Part shown: positions 26,815 to 35,307 of the stretch, one piece after another
How the letters are laid out: each line of letters begins with the position of its first letter
Numbering within the stretch: the stretch's first letter is position 1
NCBI GenBank assembly: GCA_964344975.1
Contig: CAYFPK010000004.1
Location: forward strand, 1-62,948
Direction: 5' to 3'
DNA: 62,948 bases
Origin: Candidatus Woesearchaeota archaeon
GTDB taxonomy: Archaea; Nanobdellota; Nanobdellia; SCGC-AAA011-G17; GW2011-AR18
Notes under the pieces: generated by a model
Database searches by the model: none
Seen by the model: the letters and a program-made list of their open reading frames with translations, nothing else
Told to the model about the DNA's origin: nothing
Translations under genes and position numbers: made by a program

Positions 26815-28872
26815 AGAAGCGTCTTCAATAAGTAACGTAGCACAAGACCCATCAGCAACGATAGAAGTTTTATCTAAACTAATTGAAGAGGTAAACCAAG
26901 GCCCAGACACCATCAACGATTCAGCCTCACCACCCTCAAAAGCAACGTTAAGTTTATTGACTCCATGCAACCTAACTAAAGCATCCACATCAGAAGAAGT
27001 AATTTCTCTATTCAACCAAGAGGAATCAAGACCGTCAGCTGCAACGTGTGTTAAAATAAAAGAAAACCCTGAATCAAGCAACTCACGCATGTAATATTCC
27101 TGATCAACATGCCACAAAGGCGCAAACACTTTCAACCCTAAAGCATCACAAACCTTCTCAATACGATCCCGTTGATATGAAGAATACAGTGCACCACACA
27201 CCACACCTTGCACACCATACTCTTGTTTTGCACGAAGCAAAGCCAACTTAAGATCTTCCAACTCTTTTTCTTTTTCACCCGCAGTCACTTGTTCAAGCAG
27301 TGGAATACCTATACTCTCAGATTGTAAACGCACCATCTCAATGGCTGGCGTGTGAAACATGTACGAATCTTTATTTGCAGAAAACAGAGTAACAAAACAA
27401 GCTACATCATAATTTCGCTTCAGCATAGTGTACGCTGCATACACACTATCTTTACCGGAACTTAAAAGAGCAGCCAAACGAACATTACAAGCTGGATAGA
27501 ACCGACGTAGATAAGAAGAAATATACCGTTCACCAGACTTCTTGGTCAATTTTACAAGAGCTTTATGAAAATTAGATCCATACTGCGCAGCCTTTTTAGG
27601 ACGCAAAGCAAACTCATCTGATAAACCTACATCTTGCGCAACTAAACGCAAGATATACTTTTCAACACCATCCTTTATTTTCAAATCAGGTGAGATAGTA
27701 AGAGCATACGAAACAAGATCATGATCTAAAAAAGGTAACCGCATCTCTAAAGAATGATACATAGAAACAACATCATCACGGTACAAATCCCGCTCATACA
27801 ATTGTCGCAAACCGCTCAAACATTCTTTATTGACATCATACGAATCTTTATGCCGTTGATACCCTGCAAAAATTTCTTCAGAGCCAAGACCAGAAAACAA
27901 CACCTTACAACCATCCTTGGCTGCAGCAGCACACGCAGCAAAAAAGGTTAACGCAACACCAACTTTAACAACATTGGTATCTTCTATGAGAGGAACAATT
28001 TTTACAAGGATATCCTCAACGTCAGTCAAAGAAACAGCAACAACACGCAAATCAAGGTTATATGCTGCAGCAACTTTTTGCGCATACACTAAATCTTCAG
28101 GCGTTTTCAAACCATCATCTGCAAACACACAACAGTAACAGGTAAATGCATAGCCTAACTTTTTGAGAAGTAAAGCAAGTACAGTTGAATCTAAACCACC
28201 AGAAAAAAGTAAACCAAATTTTTGTTGAGGTACACGTTTTTTAACAGCAGTTGCAACAAGAGCGTGGGTACGTGCAACAACTTCTGCAACAGGAGCATCA
28301 AAAGTTGCCAAAGAAAAAAAGTCTCGTTGAACAAAAGAAACAGACTTCCCAGAAAGGTCATAGACTAAAACTTGTCGAGGATTAAGCTCATGCACATCAT
28401 AATAGTCACAAGCAAGTAAAGCCTTCCTCTCAGATGCAAACGCAAAACCAGAGCAAGGAGAATACCACAGCGGCTTTACACCTAAAAGATCACGCGCCAA
28501 AAACAGTTTACCTTCACGCAAGTAGGCAAAAGCATACACACCGTCTAAAAGATCCAACACATCATCAAGGCAATCAACAGGAGTACGTTCTAACAGCTTA
28601 AAGAGCAACTCAGCATCATTGCGGGCAAAGAGATGAAACTCAGCACTAAGCTGACGCCAGTTATAAATTTCACAGTTAGCTACAAGAACACCTTCACCGA
28701 CAAACGGCTGTTCCACATGATCCACAAGAGCATGTAACAGATGACCTAAAGCAACATCATCTTTGATGTAGGTACCAGTATGATCTCTGCCACGATTTTG
28801 CAAAAGAGACAGAGCACAAGCTAGCTTCTCTTTCGCATCCTCACGACCCAAAAGACCAATAATTCCACACAT
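26794..28872 (-). CDS. asparagine synthase-like glutamine amidotransferase fused to a C-terminal Dph6/MJ0570-type PP-loop ATPase domain
   Basis: N-terminal MCGIIG Ntn nucleophile and CEIYNW. AsnB PP-loop LLFSGGLDST. C-terminal ~230 aa with LLSSGKDS, GALYSSYQRDRIEKVC..LGLKVFAPLW and EGGEAESLMVSGPWF (ATP_bind_4 family). Start set at MCGIIG, ~22-25 nt downstream of a TATA box. Confidence 0.85.
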   Translation of the reverse strand: MCGIIGLLGREDAKEKLACALSLLQNRGRDHTGTYIKDDVALGHLLHALVDHVEQPFVGEGVLVANCEIYNWRQLSAEFHLFARNDAELLFKLLERTPVDCLDDVLDLLDGVYAFAYLREGKLFLARDLLGVKPLWYSPCSGFAFASERKALLACDYYDVHELNPRQVLVYDLSGKSVSFVQRDFFSLATFDAPVAEVVARTHALVATAVKKRVPQQKFGLLFSGGLDSTVLALLLKKLGYAFTCYCCVFADDGLKTPEDLVYAQKVAAAYNLDLRVVAVSLTDVEDILVKIVPLIEDTNVVKVGVALTFFAACAAAAKDGCKVLFSGLGSEEIFAGYQRHKDSYDVNKECLSGLRQLYERDLYRDDVVSMYHSLEMRLPFLDHDLVSYALTISPDLKIKDGVEKYILRLVAQDVGLSDEFALRPKKAAQYGSNFHKALVKLTKKSGERYISSYLRRFYPACNVRLAALLSSGKDSVYAAYTMLKRNYDVACFVTLFSANKDSYMFHTPAIEMVRLQSESIGIPLLEQVTAGEKEKELEDLKLALLRAKQEYGVQGVVCGALYSSYQRDRIEKVCDALGLKVFAPLWHVDQEYYMRELLDSGFSFILTHVAADGLDSSWLNREITSSDVDALVRLHGVNKLNVAFEGGEAESLMVSGPWFTSSISLDKTSIVADGSCATLLIEDASLASFEK

Positions 28873-28892
28873 AGAAAAGTGATACTGCAAAG

Positions 28893-28906
28893 AGATTTAA
28901 AGCTTA
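28893..28906 (-). promoter_or_regulatory. BRE/TATA promoter (AAGCTTTAAATCT on minus strand) of the AsnB-Dph6 fusion gene
   Basis: ~21-25 nt upstream of the ATG at 28872 that gives the obligatory Met-Cys N-terminus. Confidence 0.55.
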
Positions 28907-28907
28907 T

Positions 28908-29270
28908 TTAAGAGGCATTCTGTAGCGCTTCAAAATAAGAACGCACATCAGAAGCACGATCAAGAAAAAAACTTACAGAACCACGATATTTCCGAGCATC
29001 ACGACTATCTGTGCCATCAAGATTAAGAGCAGCATCAGAAGCACGATCATCAAGAGATTTCGAATCAGTATAATCCAACTGAAACAAACAGTCTCCTTCA
29101 CAAAGGGTAGCAACAGGAATCAACTTTTGAGATGGAGAGCCAGCAATATCCAACAAGACAAGGTGAAGGTTTTGCCGAACACCATCTCCAAGGTCAACAG
29201 CCTCAGGACGGCCTGGCGCATCTACAGGAACAGTGTATTTAAAAAGTGCAACACGACGGTTCAATCCCAT
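28908..29270 (-). CDS. hypothetical protein (120 aa)
   Basis: ORF only; no motif recognised. Confidence 0.4.
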   Translation of the reverse strand: MGLNRRVALFKYTVPVDAPGRPEAVDLGDGVRQNLHLVLLDIAGSPSQKLIPVATLCEGDCLFQLDYTDSKSLDDRASDAALNLDGTDSRDARKYRGSVSFFLDRASDVRSYFEALQNAS

Positions 29271-29304
29271 GAAGATGGTAACTCAAAAAGAAATATAAAC
29301 CTTC

Positions 29305-29619
29305 CTACTTAACACCCTTACCAAGTTCTTTGATATCATCCCGACCACGGTCAGAAGTACTATACGAAGGGTCCTCATACACAGCATAGACTAAACGTTC
29401 AAGACGCTTCACCTTTTCAGAAAGAATTTTTACCATTTTTTCTAAAGCCACCTCCCGCTTAATTTCACGACGCTTTTTCGCATCAAAATAATAATCACGA
29501 TTCAAGAGCAATTGCCGATAAAACCCGACAGTCAGCGTCTGCCCAAAACTTAAAAACAGCACACCCAGGGCCTTAAGCACAAACACAGGAAACAACCACC
29601 ATTTCTTTTTCTTACGCAT
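29305..29619 (-). CDS. small membrane-anchored hypothetical protein (104 aa)
   Basis: N-terminal TM helix (WWLFPVFVLKALGVLFLSF) followed by a charged helical region. Confidence 0.45.
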   Translation of the reverse strand: MRKKKKWWLFPVFVLKALGVLFLSFGQTLTVGFYRQLLLNRDYYFDAKKRREIKREVALEKMVKILSEKVKRLERLVYAVYEDPSYSTSDRGRDDIKELGKGVK

Positions 29620-29711
29620 ACAAGACCGAAACTTCCAGGACTTTTAAAGGTAATGAAAATCTTTTTAAAGATATTCTCATACCCAACGACAAATCACAAA
29701 GGGAGAAAATA

Positions 29712-30092
29712 ATGGTAGAAAGGTTAGAAATCACAGTAGAACTAAGTGACCCAAGAAACACATCAACAAAAGGTGTAGTAGCACAGATAAGAAAAGAGGC
29801 AGAAAAAGGTGGACAAAAAGCTGAAAGAATCGAAGTCAATTCATATGAATTCAGTGTAAAAGTCAAGAGAAAAACATATTCTGGTCAACCAAATACAGAC
29901 CCTACACTAGCAACAATGGACGCTATGCGGCAAGCAGAAGAAGCAGGTGCGCTATCTGGAAAATACAAGCTAACAGGCAAAGTTACAGGAAGTTATACAT
30001 TAACAAAAGCACAAGCTCCAGCGGTTGCACGAGGTGGTGGATGCGACCTACACGAAACATATAAAACAGAAGAAAGCGGAAAGCTTTTCTAA
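29712..30092 (+). CDS. hypothetical protein (126 aa)
   Basis: ORF with a GGAG-like site upstream (aaagggagaaaataATG). No family recognised. Confidence 0.45.
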   Translation: MVERLEITVELSDPRNTSTKGVVAQIRKEAEKGGQKAERIEVNSYEFSVKVKRKTYSGQPNTDPTLATMDAMRQAEEAGALSGKYKLTGKVTGSYTLTKAQAPAVARGGGCDLHETYKTEESGKLF

Positions 30093-30194
30093 TTTTCTTT
30101 TTTCTTTTAATTTCAAAAGAGGTGAAGCAAGAACTATGATAGGCTTCCCGAAAACAACAAGAGATTTCATCAGGCAAAGAAGTTTAGGTGAAAG

Positions 30195-31652
30195 ATGTCT
30201 AAAAAACCAAAAACTGCACGTGCAGAATCACTTATGAGATGGGCAGATGACATTGATCAAAGTGAAGAACAGTTTAGGGGTCATCTTGAAACAGGCCTCT
30301 ACGCACCATACCAAGATGAAGCTATGGCAGCACTAATTAGTGGATTCAACTGTACAACAATAATTCCAACCGTATTCATTGCAGCTGAGTTACTAGATTT
30401 AGATCCAAAAATATACATGTTCGGTGGATTTACAGATATAGAAAAAAGAGATAAAAAGGACAAACCACTCTGGTTCAGCCCACATTATGCATTAACTGTT
30501 GATGTCGGATGGAAAGATCGTTGGCTACTCGATCCACGCTGGGATAGAATGGGTCCCATAAGAGAGTGGAGAGATGAATATTTACACATCCACAAACGAA
30601 AAGAGTTTACAGGTGCAAGAAGAAAATATCAAACAATAGAAGAAATAACAGAACAAGAATTCGCACAACTCATGGCTTGGTTACAATCACCACAAGGCGC
30701 TCTTGATATGCTCACAGCAGGACAAAAAGTAACAACAAGGGTCACAGGTATGGGACATTATTACGCTGCACTAATGGCATACTATCAACCCGAAGAAAAC
30801 CAATTAAAAACAAGGTTATATTTACCTCAAGAAGGAATTACAAACAGAGCTGCAATCTGCAAAATGCAGTTAGATAAAGAGGGAACAATAGGAAAAACAG
30901 AGTTAAACTTATTTTATACAGAAGATGCCTTATGGACAAGACTTATTGGAGAAACAGCAGTCGCCCACATAGATTTCAAAAGATTACAAGAGACAATTAA
31001 AGAGATAGAAGAGGTAATGGAAATAAAAGATTTTCAAAGAATTGGACCACAATTTGCAAGGTTAAGTCAAGCACAACAAAAAAGACTTCTACAAGTAGCA
31101 AGCGAACATAGAAAAACATTAGACGAAGACGAACAGGAAAAGTTAGAAACACGAATAGCAGTAAGAACATTATACGAAACAAAAAATCAGGATAAAGAGT
31201 ACGTTGAACCAAGGTGGCAAAGAGCACAAAGTAGCAAAGAAAAAGCAAAAAGAGCAATGAAGGTTATAGATGAAGAAAATAAAGATTTCAAAGAGAGACA
31301 TGAAAAAAGATGGTTAAAAGGGATAAAACGAACAAAAGAAGAGGAAGAAAGAACAAATGAACTATCAAAAGCAGTAAGAAAGGCAAGAAAAAGAATAAAT
31401 AATACACTAAATTTTTTAATAGGACATGAACAAGAATTTCACAGAACACGGGACAAGATTATTTTCGGCAGGAGATTCAAAGGCAAAAAACCCAAAGAAA
31501 TAATAAAAGAAGCAGAAGGTTTAGATTCACGCATAGGATATCTTGCTATGCTAACCGATTTTCGCGATTTTGCTAAAAAGGAAGAATTAATGAGACTCAC
31601 AGCATACCAAGACGACATCGCAAAAAAAGTGCAAGCAAGATTTACAGCATAA
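30195..31652 (+). CDS. orphan protein with N-terminal transglutaminase/papain-like Cys-His-Asp core candidate and long K/E-rich helical C-terminus
   Basis: GFNCTTIIPTVFIAAELL (Cys) ... WFSPHYALTVDVGWKDRWLLDPRW (His ... Asp) has the spacing and flanking pattern of transglutaminase-like cores. Residues ~270-485 are coiled-coil-like. Confidence 0.45.
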   Translation: MSKKPKTARAESLMRWADDIDQSEEQFRGHLETGLYAPYQDEAMAALISGFNCTTIIPTVFIAAELLDLDPKIYMFGGFTDIEKRDKKDKPLWFSPHYALTVDVGWKDRWLLDPRWDRMGPIREWRDEYLHIHKRKEFTGARRKYQTIEEITEQEFAQLMAWLQSPQGALDMLTAGQKVTTRVTGMGHYYAALMAYYQPEENQLKTRLYLPQEGITNRAAICKMQLDKEGTIGKTELNLFYTEDALWTRLIGETAVAHIDFKRLQETIKEIEEVMEIKDFQRIGPQFARLSQAQQKRLLQVASEHRKTLDEDEQEKLETRIAVRTLYETKNQDKEYVEPRWQRAQSSKEKAKRAMKVIDEENKDFKERHEKRWLKGIKRTKEEEERTNELSKAVRKARKRINNTLNFLIGHEQEFHRTRDKIIFGRRFKGKKPKEIIKEAEGLDSRIGYLAMLTDFRDFAKKEELMRLTAYQDDIAKKVQARFTA

Positions 31653-31662
31653 AGCTTAAATG
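31651..31662 (+). promoter_or_regulatory. BRE/TATA promoter (AAAGCTTAAATG) for the A24 peptidase gene
   Basis: Lies ~22 nt upstream of the ATG at 31684. Confidence 0.5.
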
Positions 31663-31683
31663 TAGAAAAGATAAAAGTTCCAC

Positions 31684-32529
31684 ATGCTCGACTTCATCCT
31701 AGTCACCTTCGGCCTTACGTGGTTACTACTAGGTTCATTCTTCGATTTGGCAACGCGTGAAGTACCCGACTGGATAAGTTATTCTATGATCGCCCTAGGA
31801 CTAACGTTTAGACTCATAGCAAGCATAGCGACAAAAGACATCTGGCCCATAGTATACGGTCTGCTAGGCTTTGGCATATTTTTCATCGTAGGATGCTTCA
31901 TGTACTACACCAAACAATGGGGAGGCGGTGACGCTAAACTTCTCATGGGTATAGGAGCAGTATTCGCAACACCTTTTTTCGGCCAAACCCACACATGGCC
32001 ATATTGGATTGTTCTATTAGTCAACATTATCATCTGCGGCGCAATTTACGCACTAGTCTGGATCGACATCTTAGCGTTCCAACACTTCAAAGCAGTACTC
32101 AAAGACATGCACGAACAAAGTTACACGGACGTGTTAGCAACTTTTAGCATTGGCCTTTGTGCAACAGTACTCAGCGTTTTATTTTTGCCAAAAATATTTA
32201 CCACATTCATCCTCATTTCAACGTTACTATTAATCTTCGCTGCAAGCATCTTGCACTACGCAAAAGCAGTAGAAAGAATTGCATTGACAAAGAAGATACC
32301 GCTAAGCAAACTCACGTTAGGTGACTGGATAAGCAAAGACATCAAGGTAGGAAAAAAGATTTTAGTAAAAAAAGAAGGATTGGGTATCACTAAAGAAGAT
32401 CTTAAAAAACTCAAAAAATATAAAGTAAAACAAGTCTGGGTTCGTTACGGCATTCCATTCGCACCAGCACTATTTTTAGGTGTAGCATTTACATTAGTAA
32501 CAGGCGACCTAACAGCGTTGCTACGGTAA
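31684..32529 (+). CDS. A24-family aspartyl peptidase (archaeal prepilin/preflagellin peptidase, PibD/FlaK-like)
   Basis: First catalytic Asp in FDLATREVPDW and second in the GGGDAKLLMGIG motif. Multi-TM, with a C-terminal soluble extension. Confidence 0.8.
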   Translation: MLDFILVTFGLTWLLLGSFFDLATREVPDWISYSMIALGLTFRLIASIATKDIWPIVYGLLGFGIFFIVGCFMYYTKQWGGGDAKLLMGIGAVFATPFFGQTHTWPYWIVLLVNIIICGAIYALVWIDILAFQHFKAVLKDMHEQSYTDVLATFSIGLCATVLSVLFLPKIFTTFILISTLLLIFAASILHYAKAVERIALTKKIPLSKLTLGDWISKDIKVGKKILVKKEGLGITKEDLKKLKKYKVKQVWVRYGIPFAPALFLGVAFTLVTGDLTALLR

Positions 32530-33123
32530 ACGTTTTTTCACGGGCATTGAAGTTATTTCTTCACGCGCAACTTGCGGCTCTTCTTGTTGAGGAAGATTGG
32601 CATAAATTTCATCTTTAATTTTCGCTAATTCTTCAGGAGTAACTTTAGAAGACTCCCAAGCAAACTGTACTTTGTCACCTTGCTTGCGAGGAATTAACTG
32701 TAACACAAAATGCGGAAACCGCTGCCCAGCAAATTCTCCATTGTCTGCATGAATGTTGGATGCAGGAAAAAGTTTATGTAAACTCTTAAGCAAAACTTGC
32801 GCAAGACGTGCTAAGTCACCAACTTCTTCTTGCGATAAATCAACAAAAGTAGAAACATGCCGTTTAGCAAACAACAAAACATGGCCCGGGTTCGCTGGGT
32901 TAATTTCTAAGACAGCCATGTAGCGTTCATCTGAATACACTTTGGTGGTAGGAATCTTCCCTTCAGACATTAAACAAAACGGACACTGTTGTTGTAGTGC
33001 TTCAGGATTAATCTGTGCAATCATCTCCTTTGCTTTTGCTTCTTGCTCTTCAGGAGGAAGCTCAGCAATAGCACCTTTAATCTGCGCAATTTGTTCAGGC
33101 GTTAATTCAGGCATAAACCACAT
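32521..33123 (-). CDS. HIT-superfamily protein with degenerate histidine triad
   Basis: CPFC..., INPANPGHVLLFAKRH and NGEFAGQRFPHFVLQLIPR align with HIT proteins, but HxHxH reads HxVxQ. Extra N- and C-terminal helical extensions. Confidence 0.7.
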   Translation of the reverse strand: MWFMPELTPEQIAQIKGAIAELPPEEQEAKAKEMIAQINPEALQQQCPFCLMSEGKIPTTKVYSDERYMAVLEINPANPGHVLLFAKRHVSTFVDLSQEEVGDLARLAQVLLKSLHKLFPASNIHADNGEFAGQRFPHFVLQLIPRKQGDKVQFAWESSKVTPEELAKIKDEIYANLPQQEEPQVAREEITSMPVKKRLP

Positions 33124-33136
33124 AAAGAATACCCGG

Positions 33137-33613
33137 TTATAAAACTATTGCCAACAATAAAACAACCAACCCAAAACAGCTACAGACAATAGACCACTTC
33201 TTCATACTAACTTGTTGTACAGTCAAAGGAATACCAATTAAGAGATACCCAAGCACAACTTCACGTACAACAAACCGCGCAATGGGTCCAAGACCTAAAG
33301 CAAGTAAAGGAGTAGTACCAAACAGGATAAAACAAGCAACCATAACAAAATCAATAAACGCATCACCAATCCATCCGTAGGCAAACAACTGCGTAGGTCT
33401 ACGAAAAAAGAACAAAGCAGTATAAACAACCCCAATCAAGATTTCTTGACCAATCCCAATCCAGGGAAAGGTCCCTAAAGAAAAAATAACCTGCGTCTCA
33501 AACGAAGCAATAAAAGCAGCAGTACCTAAAGACAACTGTGCAACATAATAGACAATTTGCCGCAACACATTAGGAACTAATAAAATTAAAAACAAAGACA
33601 CCCATTTCTTCAT
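33137..33613 (-). CDS. integral membrane protein (158 aa, ~5 TM)
   Basis: Hydrophobicity pattern only. Confidence 0.5.
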   Translation of the reverse strand: MKKWVSLFLILLVPNVLRQIVYYVAQLSLGTAAFIASFETQVIFSLGTFPWIGIGQEILIGVVYTALFFFRRPTQLFAYGWIGDAFIDFVMVACFILFGTTPLLALGLGPIARFVVREVVLGYLLIGIPLTVQQVSMKKWSIVCSCFGLVVLLLAIVL

Positions 33614-33644
33614 AAGACAAAATAAAAAAAACTAATATAAAAAA

Positions 33645-33920
33645 TTAACCGAACGCTCGACGAACATCGACCACTTGACAACTCGCAACACCTGCAAGTT
33701 CAGCAATGGTATCTTCTAAATCATCAGTCGAACCACCAGCTTCATCAACACCAAAGATAATTTTAAGAGCCTTAAGACCAAACGCCACAGGTTCAACGTC
33801 TACCTTAGCAACTTTACCAGCAGTAGCAACAATCGCTTCTTTAACCTTTTCTTCTAAAGCAGCTAAATCAACGTCAGGCGATTCGGGCATAATTTTAAAC
33901 GTGACAATAACTTGTGCCAT
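33645..33920 (-). CDS. ef1b: translation elongation factor aEF-1 beta
   Basis: ~90 aa with FKIMPESPDVDL...VEPVAFGLKAL...V, typical of archaeal EF-1beta. Confidence 0.88.
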   Translation of the reverse strand: MAQVIVTFKIMPESPDVDLAALEEKVKEAIVATAGKVAKVDVEPVAFGLKALKIIFGVDEAGGSTDDLEDTIAELAGVASCQVVDVRRAFG

Positions 33921-33943
33921 AACAAGCGAGACAAAAACACTAT

Positions 33944-34216
33944 TTATAAACGTTGTGTAAAATCAGCAAATTCCCCAGTAGCTGCACTACGTTCAGCACG
34001 AACTGAAGAAACAAGAGCGGCAGGAGGACCAGAACGACAAAGAGCAAGCATGTCATCTAAAGCAGCAGATACACCTTCAAACACAGCACTAACAGATCCA
34101 TCTGTTTCATTACGCACAAACCCAACTAAATCTAAAGTCCTAGCATGACTGACAACAAAGTCACGAAAAAACACACCTTGCACATGACCATCAATACGAA
34201 GTGTTAAGCGTTGCAT
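33944..34216 (-). CDS. acyP: acylphosphatase
   Basis: IDGHVQGVFFRDFV...A..L.L.GFVRNETDGSV acylphosphatase signatures. Start set at MQRLTL. Confidence 0.85.
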   Translation of the reverse strand: MQRLTLRIDGHVQGVFFRDFVVSHARTLDLVGFVRNETDGSVSAVFEGVSAALDDMLALCRSGPPAALVSSVRAERSAATGEFADFTQRL

Positions 34217-34266
34217 ACAAAAATAAAGGCCAAAGTATTTATATAGATACCGAAGAAAAAACATCC

Positions 34267-35307
34267 ATGGCAAAAATCCTTTACGGCGTGTGTAACGTCG
34301 GCATGGGCCACGCAATTAGAAGTAAGGTCATTCTACAACACTTAGAAAAAAAGCACGAGATACTCATCATAGCAGCAGACCCTGTATATACATACCTCAA
34401 AAAACATTTCAAAAACGTGCACAAGATTCCTGGATGGAAGTTAATCTTCAAAAACAACAGAGTAAAACCACTTAGGACAATCATAGCCAATGCAAGACAA
34501 ATCAACAGTAAAACAAAACAAAACATAAAAAGAACATACAAAAAGATACAAAAATTTAAGCCACAAATAGCAATCTCAGATTGGGAAACAGTCACAGGCC
34601 ACATGGCAAAAAAATTACAGATACCTTTAGTAGCAATTGACAATGAAAAATACTTAACGAGTGGAAAATACACAGTACCACTAAAATACATCCCAAGTTA
34701 CTTATTAACAAGGTTAACCATTGCAATCATAACAAAAAAGGCAGACAGTTATTTAGTACTACTGCTACCAGGAAACAAAATTAAAGAAAAGCAGAACATA
34801 CATAGCATTCCACCAATTCTAAGAAAAGAAATTTTGCAAGCAACACCAAAAAAAGGAAAAAAAGTAGTGGTATACGAAACAACACAAACCGATAAGAAGC
34901 TGCTAAAAATCTTAAAAAAAATAAACCAGGAATTCATCATTTACGGGTATAACATCAAAAGAAAAGTAAACAATTTAGAATTTAAAGAGTTCACAGACAA
35001 AGGGTTCACCAAAGACATCATCAACGCAAAAGCAATAATTACGACAGGCGGCTTCAGCCTAATCTCTGAAGCAAACGCATTAGGCAAACCCATGTTAGTA
35101 ATTCCGATAAAAACACATTTTGAGCAACAACTTAACGCCATGTACGTACAAAAAAAACAATGCGGAATCTATTACAGTAAACTAACAACGAAACGCGTAC
35201 AAAGATTCCTCAACAACATAGATAAGTACAAATGTAGAGCAGAAAAATTCACCAACAACCAAGCGTTAGGAATCCTTGACTGGATAATTAAAGAGAAAAC
35301 AGAATGA
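34267..35307 (+). CDS. GT-B glycosyltransferase (MJ1255/GT28-like family)
   Basis: N-terminal NVGMGHAIRS glycine-rich loop and C-terminal TTGGFSLISEA..LGKPMLVIP...EQ..NA nucleotide-sugar-binding motif. Confidence 0.65.
   Translation: MAKILYGVCNVGMGHAIRSKVILQHLEKKHEILIIAADPVYTYLKKHFKNVHKIPGWKLIFKNNRVKPLRTIIANARQINSKTKQNIKRTYKKIQKFKPQIAISDWETVTGHMAKKLQIPLVAIDNEKYLTSGKYTVPLKYIPSYLLTRLTIAIITKKADSYLVLLLPGNKIKEKQNIHSIPPILRKEILQATPKKGKKVVVYETTQTDKKLLKILKKINQEFIIYGYNIKRKVNNLEFKEFTDKGFTKDIINAKAIITTGGFSLISEANALGKPMLVIPIKTHFEQQLNAMYVQKKQCGIYYSKLTTKRVQRFLNNIDKYKCRAEKFTNNQALGILDWIIKEKTE

Larger units (their letters stand above)
24685..26851. repeat. perfect tandem duplication, unit 1077 bp (24685-25761 / 25762-26838), bounded by 13-bp agcacaagaccca present three times
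   Basis: All six-frame ORFs in the two units are identical. The 13-mer occurs at 24685, 25762 and 26839, and flanking sequence diverges immediately outside it. Confidence 0.9.

Noticed and set aside
24685-26851. Reading the 1077-bp duplicated unit as an insertion sequence or other mobile element
   Set aside because: There is no transposase or integrase, no terminal inverted repeats, and no target-site duplication distinct from the 13-bp microhomology. The head-to-tail arrangement with shared edges fits tandem duplication instead.
26783-27094. 103-aa + strand ORF overlapping the 3' part of the AsnB-Dph6 gene
   Set aside because: It is antisense to a domain with clear family motifs (EGGEAESL, APLW), so it is a shadow ORF.
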